A DNA stretch of 35,982 nt from Octopus bimaculoides. Taxonomy: Eukaryota. The stretch lies in contig NC_068994.1 of assembly GCF_001194135.2 (NCBI RefSeq), positions 28,921,759 to 28,957,740 on the forward strand, written 5' to 3'. Made by a program: the position numbers and the translations under genes. The notes beneath the pieces were generated by a model. It saw only the letters and a program-made list of their open reading frames with translations, ran no database searches and was not told the origin of the DNA. Shown here in pieces: positions 1 through 11,399 of this stretch (position 1 is the first letter of the stretch; each line of letters opens with the position of its first letter).

Positions 1-450
1 ATTTTGACAGATGATTCTATCAAACGGATATGATTTACATAACTTAGATTTGATAGTCCTACCTGTCTTTTCTACAACTTTGATCTTAAGGCCAGTTGCG
101 TGCAGGATTTTCTTGAATGCCTTACTTAATATGCTCTTAGGTGTAGCATCAACAAACATCACACTGTGAAACTTCTTGTTATCATACCAAGTGTCGTTCT
201 TATTTCTTTTGTTGGCGTCCCTCTCTAACCTATTCCAGAACTTGCTGCGGTATAGGGGGCATGTACCGTTTTCATCATCTCTTAGGATGCGTTCGAATTT
301 TGTTTTTGCTCCATTGTACACCCTGATTCTATCATGCTGTGTGTATCCGGAACGTTGCATCCGGAATATAAAGTGCTAGATGTGTTGTTGTTGTTCCTAA
401 GAGTTATTTTGTAGTCTGTTAGGAATGTGGTAAAGTACAGTCTAGAAGTT
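1..450 (-). mobile_element. Penelope-like element (PLE) ORF fragment, RT thumb to linker preceding the GIY-YIG endonuclease; 5'-truncated, runs off the window start
   Basis: Manual translation of the minus strand is open from 375 to 1: HFIFRMQRSGYTQHDRIRVYNGAKTKFERILRDDENGTCPLYRSKFWNRLERDANKRNKNDTWYDNKKFHSVMFVDATPKSILSKAFKKILHATGLKIKVVEKTGRTIKSKLCKSYPFDRIICQN. RMxxSGY, PLYR...W, VxFVxxTPxS and KVVExxG...SxPF..C match PLE motifs as I recall them. Two in-frame stops lie just upstream. The ORF track misses it because it has no stop inside the window. Confidence 0.75.
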
Positions 451-770
451 CACTGAATTATTATTAGTTATTATTCACAATACTATTATTTGACAGTGCT
501 GGGTCTAGAGATTACATATATACATATAGAGATAGAGAGATACAACCAGAGAAAAGGGAAAAAAATATACACTGCTATGAATAGATACTTAGTTAGGGTG
601 TGTATATGTGAGTATGTATCCAACCACTTAATACTAAAGGTCAGCTTAAGAAATTCACATGTGTAGCCAACCATGAAGAACAGATCAGAGATACAACCAA
701 ATAGCAGACCAATCCCATTTAAATACCAGCCAATACCATCTTCTACCATTCATAGCAGTCCAACAAACAC

Positions 771-1251
771 TATCTGTGGCTTCTGAAGTCATTTGACTTC
801 TATCTCTACCAAAGCTGGTATTCTCCCAGTACCACCATATCTTTTTAACTTGCCTGCACTGTTCACGCTTTAGATAACCACTAATATTATTAATTTTATT
901 ATTAATAATATACTTATATATTTATTTGTAAATTATTCACTTAGTTCGTCTACGTATGTGCCTTGGGCCATCAAACGAACAAGCAAGCGTGGTGAGGGGA
1001 ATATCTTTAAATTTAACTTCTCTCACGTACGTTTAACTGAAGATGGGATAAGAATATTTAATTCAGAGCCCAAAACTGGTATTAAGTTATCTGCTATTTC
1101 CTCTGCAACCTCCGCAAAGGTAGGAGCCTAATTTTTATTCCTTGCCCGATTTTCACCATGCTCGTTCGTAAAGGGAGTTATCTGTGGCTTCCAGTCATTT
1201 GACTTCTATTTCTATCAAAGTAGGTACTCTTCCAGTACCATCATATTTTAT
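771..1251. repeat. Pair of diverged ~75-bp direct repeats (771-847, 1179-1251)
   Basis: TATCTGTGGCTTC..AGTCATTTGACTTCTATYTCTAYCAAAG...CCAGTACCAYCATAT occurs twice, 408 bp apart. Confidence 0.75.
975..1169. mobile_element. Possible MITE with imperfect ~17-bp terminal inverted repeats
   Basis: ACGAACAAGC(AAGC)GTGGTGA at 975 versus TCACCATGCTCGTTCGT at 1153-1169: 15/17 matches after removing a 4-bp duplication. Richer in CpG than the flanks. Confidence 0.35.
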
Positions 1252-1271
1252 TTATATATATATATATATAT

Positions 1272-2175
1272 TATTCTTTTCAGCCATTTGACTGCAGTCA
1301 TGCTGGAGCACCATTGTGGTTTTACCTTTTTACATATGATTCTTCATTGACTGATTTCTTCAGGGTGGTGGGATTTCATATTACCACTCCTGCATGTGCC
1401 TTTGCCTTGGTCATTAGCACCTTTAGTATATGAGAGAGTTTGATTCTGCTGCCTTCATCTGTACCTCTTGCTGGGCTGTTAATTCATCCAGTATTGTGGA
1501 GAGGAGAATGTCCAGTTCCTTTTTGAAGACATCCACATTGTGTAGGTTTCTTAGGCCATTGAAGAGCTGTTGCAGTATCCCATCCTCACTTTTGGACAGT
1601 ATCCTTGGTACAATACAACGACATCCAGTTCAGGCGTTTGTATAACACTCAATGCTGAAATTAGGTGCTAACCCTTCCAGAATTTTCCATATGTAATACA
1701 TATCTATCATGTCTTCACTCTAGGGAATAAGGTCATAGTTTTTCAGCCTTTCCCTGTAACCCATCTGCTGCACTGTTCCAATATTTTAGTGTAGTGACAT
1801 TGAACCACATCAAGCTGGGTGCTGTGTTGACCACAGCTGAGAGCAGTAGTCCAGGCGTCTGAGAACAAAGGTCCTCCACAGGGTCAGGATGACTTCTTGA
1901 TTTCTTGTCTTGAAGGACCTTAGTATCCATCCTGCCAGTTGTTTGTACTTTGGTGCCATCTTAGTAATATGCATATGAAATGATGCATCATTACACATAC
2001 TGATCCCCAAGTATCTCACTGCTTGTGGCTCTGGGATTGTTCTGTGTGTGTAGATTAAAGCAGAAATGAAAAGGCAAATGGTTTGGCAAAACTTAACAAG
2101 GGCATTTAATTTAGCTATGTTATAAAAAGGTTTGCATAGAAACACAGCTGTTTCTAGAATATCCCAGCTATTGGA
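1272..2175 (-). mobile_element. 3' end of a CR1/L2-type LINE (post-RT region and 3' UTR), decayed
   Basis: ORF 1810..2145 contains YLGI...FHMHI...KQLAGWILRSFKTR...LWRTFVLRRLDYCSQLWS, the typical CR1/L2 C-terminal pattern. Broken frames continue as YRERLK..YSLE and WKILEGLAPNF. The element ends at a (TA)n tract. Confidence 0.8.
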
Positions 2176-2994
2176 TCATTGTGTCAAGTGAGGATTCCAT
2201 AGGCCAGAGTATTTCATCATCAGAAAGAAATAGGTTAAATGTGTAACAGTGGAAGAAAATTGATGATGTCTATTTGCAGAACCAAAGAGAGAATGGTTTG
2301 ATTGAAATCCATGGGGAGGGAAAATGGATGTTAGCAGTTGCAATGTTGGATGGATACTCATATCTTTTATATGTGTATGTTTGTGTATATATGTATGTGT
2401 GTGTGTGTGTGTGTGTGTGTACACACACACACACACACACACATTGTTTGTGTTGTAAAAAAGTTGTTTTTTATGCCTGGATGCACATTCTATAACTAAC
2501 CACTTGACTGTGAAATTGATAGTTGAGTGTGTATTTTTTTTTTGTTTTTTCAGTCAAAATTGAATTACTGTTACAACACAATAGCAGTGAAATATAGTAT
2601 TGATTCCTTTCTCTACTAAGTAGAGGTTTTATGTCTTTTGCCCCTGTTGGATTTATAAAAACATTACAAATGTAAAACTCACTTGCTATGATTCTAAGCC
2701 AACCTTGAAAACAAGCATGAAGGAAAGAAACCAACAAATTGTCTACATAAGTCAAATTTCCCTCAAATCATACCCTGTTGTTTGGGGGGAAAGAAACAGA
2801 TACATTAGCTAATGTAATCCTAGATGTACATCCAAATAGTGGACTTAGTGAGGGTCATGGCTTGACTATCTTTCATCATGGGAGTCGGGGATAACCTAGG
2901 AATACAATATTAACTACAGTATGGAAAATAAAGCTTCTTCTTGGTTGCTCAACTTGCTAGAAACAGCAGTCAAGTCTCCCTCATATCCTATCCT

Positions 2995-3200
2995 GTTGTC
3001 ATCATCACCGTTGTTTTAATATCTACCTTTCTGTGCTTGCATGGGTCAGATGAGAATATGTTAGGGTAGGGTTTTCTGCAGCCGGACACCCTTCCTAATG
3101 CTCACCCTCCACCTGTTTCTAAGAGAGAAATATCTCCCTGTCTATTGCACAACAAACAGCTCGGGTTTGTTAACACAGAGAGCTGGAAACAAAAGGACAC
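2995..3200 (-). mobile_element. Decayed SINE-like repeat with an RTE-type 3' tail
   Basis: CATCATCA tail, ...GCATGGGT..., and GGACACCCTTCCTAATGC resemble the reverse complement of the RTE-type ends at 26120-26158 and 32870-33016. A related copy lies at ~27570-27790. Confidence 0.5.
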
Positions 3201-3404
3201 CATATGAATGATCCATTTGTTTACAGAGATTGCACAACATACCAAGACATATCAAGAGGCCTGGATATACTTTCACAGTGGACTGTAAGGAAATGACAGT
3301 CTGACACCATCAGCAAGGCCAAAGCAGATGCATGTGAAGATGAAGGAAACAAAAAACTCCCCCTCTTCTTCCACACATAATAATGAGGGGCTGCTTTCAT
3401 TTTG

Positions 3405-3545
3405 CTTCTACCGAATCTACTTGCAAAGCTTTGATTGACCTGGGCTATAGTAGAAGATCATTGCGCAAGTTGCCATGCAGTGGAACTGAACCTGAAACCA
3501 TGGTTGAGAAGTGAACTTCTTGACCACATAGCCATGCTTGTGCTT
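3405..3545 (-). mobile_element. tRNA-derived SINE head (family B, CORE-like)
   Basis: The reverse strand reads GGCTATGTGGTCAAGAAGTTCACTTCTCAACCATGGTTTCAGGTTCAGTTCCACTGCATGGCAACTTGCGCAA: A/B-box-like motifs followed by a body shared with other copies in the window. Confidence 0.75.
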
Positions 3546-3968
3546 CAGAAAAATTGACCGTGTCATAACTGAAATATTTTTTGATTTTTATGTTTTAATT
3601 AGGAGGGAAGATAGTTCCCATAAGCCTCTACAGGGTCTCCTAGACTGATAGGAGGTGTTGGGGGCAGAGAAAGGGAAAGTATCTTCAAATTGAATACCTA
3701 GCCCAAATGTTTGCTAAGGAGTGGACTGTAAAATTTACCCTAGTAGCCAGATAATATCTAACCAGGTGACTATAACTCTGCTAGAGCTGGCTTGGAGGCT
3801 TGAATAAAAGCAGCAATATGGAAAATGTATGTAAAATAGTATTTTCTCTCATTTGTTTTTATAGCTGGATAACTTCCTCTCACTTGACCACTCACAAGTG
3901 AAATTAGAGTGGAACCTGTTTGTTAATCAAGTAAACCTGAGGCAAGAAGTATCCTGTGCTTGGAGCAT

Positions 3969-4087
3969 TATATATATATATATATATATACGTTAAAGAC
4001 CTGCTGTATTCCTGAGCGTTAAACTAATACATCCTTTAGTTGTTTACACCACCTGTCCTCGTCTGTTGTTTTTTTTTGTAAATTCTC

Positions 4088-4143
<56 letters not shown>

Positions 4144-4150
4144 GTATAAT
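3969..4150. repeat. Two (TA)n/(TATG)n tracts enclosing a ~100-bp unique-looking cassette, in the intron upstream of the zinc-finger exon
   Basis: Direct reading: (TA)n 3969-3990, cassette 3991-4090, (TA)n(TATG)n 4091-4147. Confidence 0.7.
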
Positions 4151-4217
4151 TATAAATGTTTTATTATGTATCTTATAATATTTTAGTTGCTATTTATTTA
4201 TTTATTAATCTTTTCAG

Positions 4218-4916
4218 ATATGTAAGAAAGCTTTTTCACGGAAAGACCATCTGAACAAACACGAGCGCACCCATGCAGGCGAGAAACAACACAAATGCAC
4301 AGTTTGTGGTAAGGAGTTCTCACAGCGAGCGCACCTTGAGAAACATCGCAGCACTCATGCACATTCACACAATGAGCTGCACAACCAGCAGCATCTTAAC
4401 ACCACTGGTGCAACACTTCTACCAGCAGCCTCCCTCTCGTTGCAGCTGACAACACCACTGCCCAGCCTTACAACACAGCAACAACAGCAACAGCAACAAC
4501 ATCAGTCCACAACCGCAGTGGTTGCAGCTGCTGGCGTGAATTCCAACAATGCTAACCTGACCGCTAATGCTGCATGTCTGCACCACCAAATCGTAGCTTC
4601 GGGTAACCAGCAACAGCAACAACAACAACAACAGCAGCAACAACAGCAGCAGGCTTTGCAGACAACAACAATGATTACGTCGGCCCCTTTGGGCATTGTC
4701 ACCACAACTGGTTCATACCGGCTGGAGAACAGCTATGTATGGGCTGGAGGGTTACCAGTGGCCACAACATGGAATGCTGGCTGTGCGGTGGGGACGACAA
4801 ATAGTTCGATGCCTTGCTACACAGTTGGCCAAATCAAGTGTGAGTACCCTGATTCTGCTGAAGACTTCCAGACAGCCTTGCAGTATGGCACCAACTTGGA
4901 CTACATATCTTTATAG
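4218..4916 (+). CDS. Terminal coding exon of a C2H2 zinc-finger transcription factor with polyglutamine tracts (5' exons not found in the window)
   Basis: A T-rich acceptor ending TTTTCAG| at 4217 is followed by an open frame, [47 protein letters not shown]..., in frame with ORF 4440..4916. Tracts of Q8HQ and ~Q15 follow; stop TAG at 4914-4916. The phase-0 intron splits a finger between its two Cys. Confidence 0.92.
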   Translation: MCKKAFSRKDHLNKHERTHAGEKQHKCTVCGKEFSQRAHLEKHRSTHAHSHNELHNQQHLNTTGATLLPAASLSLQLTTPLPSLTTQQQQQQQQHQSTTAVVAAAGVNSNNANLTANAACLHHQIVASGNQQQQQQQQQQQQQQQALQTTTMITSAPLGIVTTTGSYRLENSYVWAGGLPVATTWNAGCAVGTTNSSMPCYTVGQIKCEYPDSAEDFQTALQYGTNLDYISL

Positions 4917-6083
4917 TCTCTCGCTCGCTCTCTCTCTCTCTCTCACTCTCTCCCCCTTCTGTTTAAATTTTCTATTCTTTTTTAAAATTTTTTTATACAA
5001 ATCACAGTAGTTTTACAGCAATCACAACAACAAAAATGGAATTAAACTTCCCTTTCCTGCAGGTTGGCAGGGAGAAAAAAAAATTTTTTAATTGATGAAA
5101 TTATAAAACTCAATCCTAACAAAACTACAAAATTCCCCCCCNNNNNNNNNNNNNNNNNNNNNNNNNNNNNNNNNNNNNNNNNNNNNNNNNNNNNNNNNNN
5201 NNNNNNNNNNNNNNNNNNNNNNNNNNNNNNNNNNNNNNNNNNNCCACCACCACCACTACCACCAAAAAAAAACTACAACATTCACAAATAAAAAAAGTAT
5301 TGAATCAATGTAAAACAAACAAATTTGAAGGAAAATAACTGGAAAAAATCCAAAACAACAACAAAAAACATGAAAAAAAAAACAAAACAAAATACCGTCC
5401 GGCGTCTGTCTAATGTTTTTTAATTGATCTTCGTTAAAGCCAATTATATCCTCCTGTGTTACAACAACTACTACTACCACGACAACTACCACTATTACTA
5501 CTGTTGTTATTGAGGACAGGCTGCTGTTTTATATTTTTCTTTCTTTTTTTTTTGTTTGTCTTTTGCAGCTCTCTTGGACAACAATCATCTCAAAGACCCT
5601 TCCCCACCATCACCATGACCCTATCAACACAACCACCACCACAGCCACACATCACCTTTAGTCATCTTTTACCTTCCCTTTTGTTTTGTTATTGTTGCCA
5701 TGGTTGAGACACAAATACACATGCACATACATAGTTTTAATTAAGTTAGCTGATGCCATTGGTCTGAAATTCCTGACTTTGTACATCTAATGATGACACA
5801 TTTCTTCAGTCAGCCTTGTTGAAAGTTCTGTCATAGCTCACTGATGAAGTTCTATCATTGCACATGGAAAGGTAGAGTATCAGCCTAATGGCATCATATC
5901 TACATGCATATTGTGCATTGTTTGTTTACCTTTGGTTGGTGATCTACAGAGGGCAATGACTACCACTACACCACCCAACAGCACATACAAATGCCACCAA
6001 AAGCATTGCACTACCATTACCATCATCATCATACACTATCAGACAAGAAAAACTAATTTTTTTCTCTTTCTTTTTATTATAAT

Positions 6084-6147
<64 letters not shown>

Positions 6148-7010
6148 TTTTTTTTCCTCTCCACTTTGTATTTTCAAACCCTATCACATCTTTAAGCTTG
6201 CAATCTTTGACTTTCCTTTTCATTGTTACTTTATGATATAGATAACATCTAAAAGAAAATACTTCATCATTCACCTTTGGTGAATGTAGCTTTTGGCCAG
6301 GGAAATTGATGTCATCAGACAGTATCCACTGGCCATTGAGTATTTCAACCCTGATCTGTAACACATCTCCTGGTGGTATGGTCTGCAGTGGTGGCCAAAT
6401 CAGTTCCATCATCCCCTGGTTTCCAGTTCTTTCTGCTCCTCTCATATCCTCTACAAGCTACCTTTTACCCTTTTCTTCTTTTTCCAATGGCTGTAAGCAC
6501 ACTTCATACTGGCTGGGCAGGGAATCCTCTACAGCCAACAAATCTATTCAGTTCTCTCTTTCAGATAGTCATACTTAGTACACTATACCTATTTTTCCTA
6601 TCTGTCTGTGTATATATTATATAATTTTGTTTCTTGCTATTCTGGATATCACATAAAAGAAAGAAAAGCAATCACTTTGATTTGAAGACATGCAAGAAAG
6701 TGCAAATCATGCAAAACAAAATCCAAACTAAAATTTCAGACATGAAAATCAACAAGCCTTTAAACTTACAAGCATTTACAATATATGAGCATTATCCTTT
6801 AGACACAGATGAACACGAAGATGGTTGGGTAGGTTAATGTGGTCTTGATATTGTTCTATGAAAATGACTGCAACAATGATGACGACAACAGCAACAGTAG
6901 CAATAACAACAAAAGTCATTTCAACTTCCAGATCTTTCCTTTTTATATTCTATTATTTTAATATATTTTTAATATTTTTTTGCATCATGAGTGATTTTTA
7001 AAAATTGTTT

Positions 7011-7041
<31 letters not shown>

Positions 7042-7050
7042 TGTGTATTA
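4917..7050. repeat. Low-complexity and microsatellite-rich 3' flank: (CT)n, (CCA)n, (ACT)n, A-rich runs, long (CT)n at ~6087-6145, poly-T at ~7014-7040
   Basis: Direct reading; includes the gap at 5142-5243. Confidence 0.85.
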
Positions 7051-7934
7051 TGTTGGGGGGCAAACTGGGGAGGGAGTTTTCCAAAAGAAAAAATTGAGAT
7101 TTTGAGGGGTGGGGATTGATTTCTTCATTTTTATTTATTTTATTTGATTTTTATTTTTTTAAAATTTGCATTACATTTTTTTTCTCCATCTTTTCATCAT
7201 CAAACATGAACAATAACAGCATCTTTGCATCTTTTTTTAATTTTCAATTATCTTCATATCAGTAGTCAATAACGAAACATCATTCCTATCATCTCATTAT
7301 CTCCATCTTTGATTCTAATAACTTCTGAAAGCCTTTTTTTAAATGTCTTTGACCATAGAAATAGTAAATACCAGTTCAGAAGGTTTTTCTGTATTTTTAT
7401 GAAAGAGTATAAGATCTTTTGGGGTTACTTAAAGTTTCTTTAAATCTTTCGTCTTTACAATTTAAGCTGTGTATGTGTGTGTAAATGAAGATCTGAAATT
7501 TTGGCCTAGTTTGGTTGTTTATTGATCTTGTCATCAGTATTGAAGGTGGTGGTGGCAAACCATTGACTTACAGTTTGTCAGCCAAAACAGAGAATAGTGA
7601 TGAAACTTAGAAGGTGGTTGATACACCAAGAGGTGATAACTGAACTGACAGGATAAAGTGTAGACGGAGAAGGACATACATGATAAACAGTAGTTGGACA
7701 GACAAGCCTAATAAGGACTAGTCAGATAGACACGCTAAGTTGAGAGTAGTGGAAGATATGAGAAAAATACAGGCAGATAGAATAAGACAAAGTCTGCTGT
7801 CAGTTGGAACATGATGGGGGAATAATTGAAGAGACAGACAAGAGATTAATCAGATTGGGCTGGAGGGTGGGGATGTAGTTGTTATAAATACAAATAATGA
7901 GGGACCAGTTGGGTGAATAATGGTCGAATTAGAG

Positions 7935-8090
7935 GAATGAAGGTTCATGACCATGTGATTAGGGTTTTCAGCTTATGTATCAAGTTGTGGGATCAATCCC
8001 TGGATCAGACAGCACTTAGTGTCCTTGAGCAAGGCACTTCATCTTGTGTTAGTCCAGTCTAGTCAGCTGTAAATGAGTACTAGCCAGATG
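7935..8090 (+). mobile_element. SINE family B copy (tRNA head and CORE-like body), decayed
   Basis: GACCATGTGATTAGGG...GGGATCAATCCCTGGATCAGACAGCACTTAGTGTCCTTGAGCAAGGCACTTCATCTT...CAGCTGTAAATGAGTAC; a similar copy lies at ~12975-13200. Confidence 0.6.
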
Positions 8091-9044
8091 CTGATTCATC
8101 TCTCTCCCTCGATTTGTCACATCTTGGATGTGTTGCTAGGCCAAGGGTAAGGGGCCAAAAGAGTGTCTGTGTCTGCCCATGACTACATAGAGACCTAAAC
8201 CAATTAGCAAAATCATGGTAAATGTTACCAAACCATATTCACTTATGAGTGATGACTGGTTGTACTGCATTGGGTGGATGAGCTGGACAAGACAGGGAGT
8301 TGGGCAGACCAACAAATGAAAAGGGACCAGTTCTACTGATAGATAAACTAACTGATAATGTAGTAGATAGTAGAGCAAATGAAATAAAATGTTGGACAGG
8401 TAAACAGGAAAACCAAGAAAGGGATCAATAAATATAAATTGGACCAATAAATAGACAAGAGAGGAATTACACAGGAAGGGGCTGGTGAAGGTGGGGTTAG
8501 TCTGACACAACTGACAAAATATCAAAATTAAAATGATCGACAAAGACAAACAACTTAAGTAATTTACTTAAGTAATTTGCTGATGAAATCCACTATTCTG
8601 CCAGAGTAGCCCTTTGGTTGACTGAATTTCTGTATCATTCTAAACCGTGGTCTGTTTCCTTTTACTTCTGTGCCTTCCCCATCTAGTTTAACAATAACAA
8701 CAATGATGATGATGATTGATGATGATAAACATCACATTCCTCTCTTAGTATTTTACTCTCTTCGTGTGGACTGTTTCTCCATTATTTACACTGCAATTGA
8801 TTTTACTTTCCTTAAATATTGCTGCTGGTACAACTTACTGCTACTACAACTACTACTACCAATAAAATTGCTGCTGCTGTGATAGATATTATTAGTATTA
8901 GTATTACGGTGAGACATGACAGCCAGGTGATAGTGGACAACCCTCACAACAACACACACACACACACACTCAGTGTTTTGTCCTGTGCTGTCCTTAATGT
9001 TTTTCTTAATGTAAACTTTTTGTAGTTAAAGAAATTATTATTTT

Positions 9045-10940
9045 TAAAGTGATAAACTGGCAAAATCATTAGAACATCAGAAAAAATGCTTTGTAATATT
9101 TGTACTGGTACTTTACATTCTGAGTTCAAATTCCTCGTACAACAATTTTGCCTTTCATTCCTCTTTAGTTGTTGTAATTGACTGACCAACTCCCCTTAAA
9201 ATTTCTGGCTTTGTGCCTGAATCAGAAATTATTATTATTACATGGGACAGCCAGCTAACAGAATTGTTAGTGGTCAAAAAAAAAAAAAATGCCTTGTAGT
9301 ATTTGTTCTAACTCTACATTTTGAGTTCAAGTCCTGTTTAGGTCAGCTTTGCATTCCATCTCTTCAGTAGTTAATAAAATAAACTACTAGTCAAGTATTG
9401 GGTTGATGTAATCAACACCCTCCCCCAACATTTCTGGACTTGTCCCTAAATTAGTGTCTAAATTAGAAACAGCTGTTATTATTATTATTATTAAGGTGGC
9501 ATGCTAGCAGAATCGTTAGCACGTTGAATGAAATGTGAGTGGCATTTCACCCATCGCTACATTCTGAGTTGAAATTCTGCCAAGGTTGACTTTGCCTTTC
9601 ATCCTTTTGGGGTCGGTGTAATCAACTAGTCCCCTCCCCCTAAATTTCAGGCTTTGTGCCTTTTGTAGAACGGGTTATTATTATTAAGTCAATGGATTGA
9701 TTCTGTCAATCCATTGACTTAATAATAATAATAATAATAACCCCTTCTACAGTTATCAGCTGAGTGGTGGGCAGAGGCTTTGATCATATTATGTTCTGAG
9801 TTCAAATCCTGCTGAGATCACCTTTGCCCTTCATCCCTCAAGTCTTAATAAAATAGAGTACCAATCAACTGTACTCTCTGAAAACTGCTGGCTTACATTA
9901 GAAGCTATAGGCATTTCGTCGATTTCTATGTTCTGAGTTCAATTTCTGTTGAAGTTGATTTTACTTTTCATCTTTTCAGGGTCCATAAAGTAAGCACTAG
10001 TTGAGCACTGGGGTCAATGTAATTGACTTGCCCCTCCCCCAAAAGTTTCAGGTCTTGTGCCTATAATAAAAAGGATTATTATTATTATTATTATTATTAT
10101 TACAGAACAATGGATGAAATATTTTGCATTATTTAGCTATGTACCTTGTCCATTTGAGTTCAAAATACCATGTTAGTCCACTTAGTTATTCAATATTACT
10201 GTGGTTGATTTAATCACCTATACCGCCTCCACCATTGTGCCTACATTAGATAGATTTATTAATATTATCATTACTCAGATTTTGGACCAGTAGAATTGGT
10301 AGATAAAATGCTTTGCAGTATTTATTTTATCAAACTCAGTACTTGACTAGTACTTATCAACTCCAGAGGAATCAATAAGATAATGTACCAGTCAAACATT
10401 CGGAAAGTGATGGTATTGACCGTCCTGCTGCCCTCAAAATTGCTAGCCTTGTGCCTGAATTAGAAACAACTATTATTATTATTAAGGTAGCGAGCTGGCA
10501 GAATCATTAGCATGCTGGGTGAAATGCTTAGCAGTATTTCATCCGTCTACGTTCTGTGTTCAAATTCTACTGAGGTCGACTTTACCATTCATCTTTTCAG
10601 GGTTGATAAAATAAGTACCAGTTGAGTACTGGGGTCGATGTAATCAACTAACCCCCTCCCTCAAATTTCAGGCTTTGTGCCTATATTAGAAAGGATTATC
10701 ATTATTATTAAGGTGGTGAGCTGAAAGAATTTTTAGCACACCAAGCAAAATGCTTAGTGGCATTTTGTCTGTCTTTACATTCTGAGTGCAAATCCTGCTA
10801 AGATCAACTTCACCTGTCATCCTTTCAAGGTCAAATGTCTGTTGAGCACTGGGGTTAATGTAACTGACTCACACCTCCCCTCCTAACTTGCTGACCTTGT
10901 GCCAAAATTTGAAACTATTATTATTATTATTATTATTATT
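9045..10940 (+). mobile_element. Head-to-tail cluster 1 of tRNA-derived SINE family A (~9 copies, ~200-240 bp each, (ATT)n spacers)
   Basis: Repeating unit: TGGCAGAATC(A/G)TTAG (A-box-like), GAGTTCAAAT (B box), ACTTTGCCTTTCATCCTT, ATAAGTACCAGTTGAGCACTGGGGT, CCCCTCCCC, GGCCTTGTGCC, then (ATT)n. The clearest copies are 9493-9685, 10483-10710 and 10710-10940. Confidence 0.9.
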
Positions 10941-11399
10941 GATGACACTCACATAAAACTTGCAGACCACCATGCTAAAATATTTTATATTTAGTTTCAA
11001 GTTTATCCACATTCAAAGTTTAAATTCTGCTAAGATCAACGTTGCCTTGGTTTCCCCCACCCTTCACATTCTGGGCTTGGTAATAATGTTGGCTAAGGTG
11101 AAGTATTTTGTTTACATTGTTGCAAATATGTGTGTAGCATATTCGTTATATTGTTAAAGCAAGTTTTTTTACAACTGGATGTCTTCCCCATTCTCTACTT
11201 TCAAAGCTATTATTTGATGTAGAGATGGAACCTGTTCTTGCTGTTTCAGACTGAGACAACCTCAGTACTGTTGCCTTGCTTCGGGGATTTTCAAAATATC
11301 AGCTGTTAGTAGTAAGGTTTTTACCTGATGATGATTGTACAATTGCCTCACATGAACTGTGCCTCCCTTTACTAGCTACTACTAGTATTATCATTAATA

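Noticed and set aside
4305-4316. Strong donor-like TG|GTAAGG inside the second zinc finger
   Set aside because: It arises from CGK codons common in C2H2 fingers; use would truncate a finger and there is no supporting evidence.
4419-4705. Antisense poly-Leu and poly-Cys ORFs
   Set aside because: Shadows of the CAA/CAG polyQ codons.
5287-5292. AATAAA as the zinc-finger gene polyadenylation signal
   Set aside because: It lies in an A-rich low-complexity tract beside a gap; not distinguishable from chance.
5836-5875. CTGATGA...GAAA as a second hammerhead (also CTGATGA at ~8580 and ~30273)
   Set aside because: No stem II pairing between the boxes, or no GAAA box.
6077-6578. ORFs of 122 aa (-) and 90 aa (+) in complex-looking sequence
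   Set aside because: No recognisable motif, one runs into a (GA)n tract, and there is no convincing splice context.
8553-8578. Palindromic ACTTAAGTAATTT duplicated in tandem
   Set aside because: Short AT-rich slippage duplication, expected by chance at this composition.
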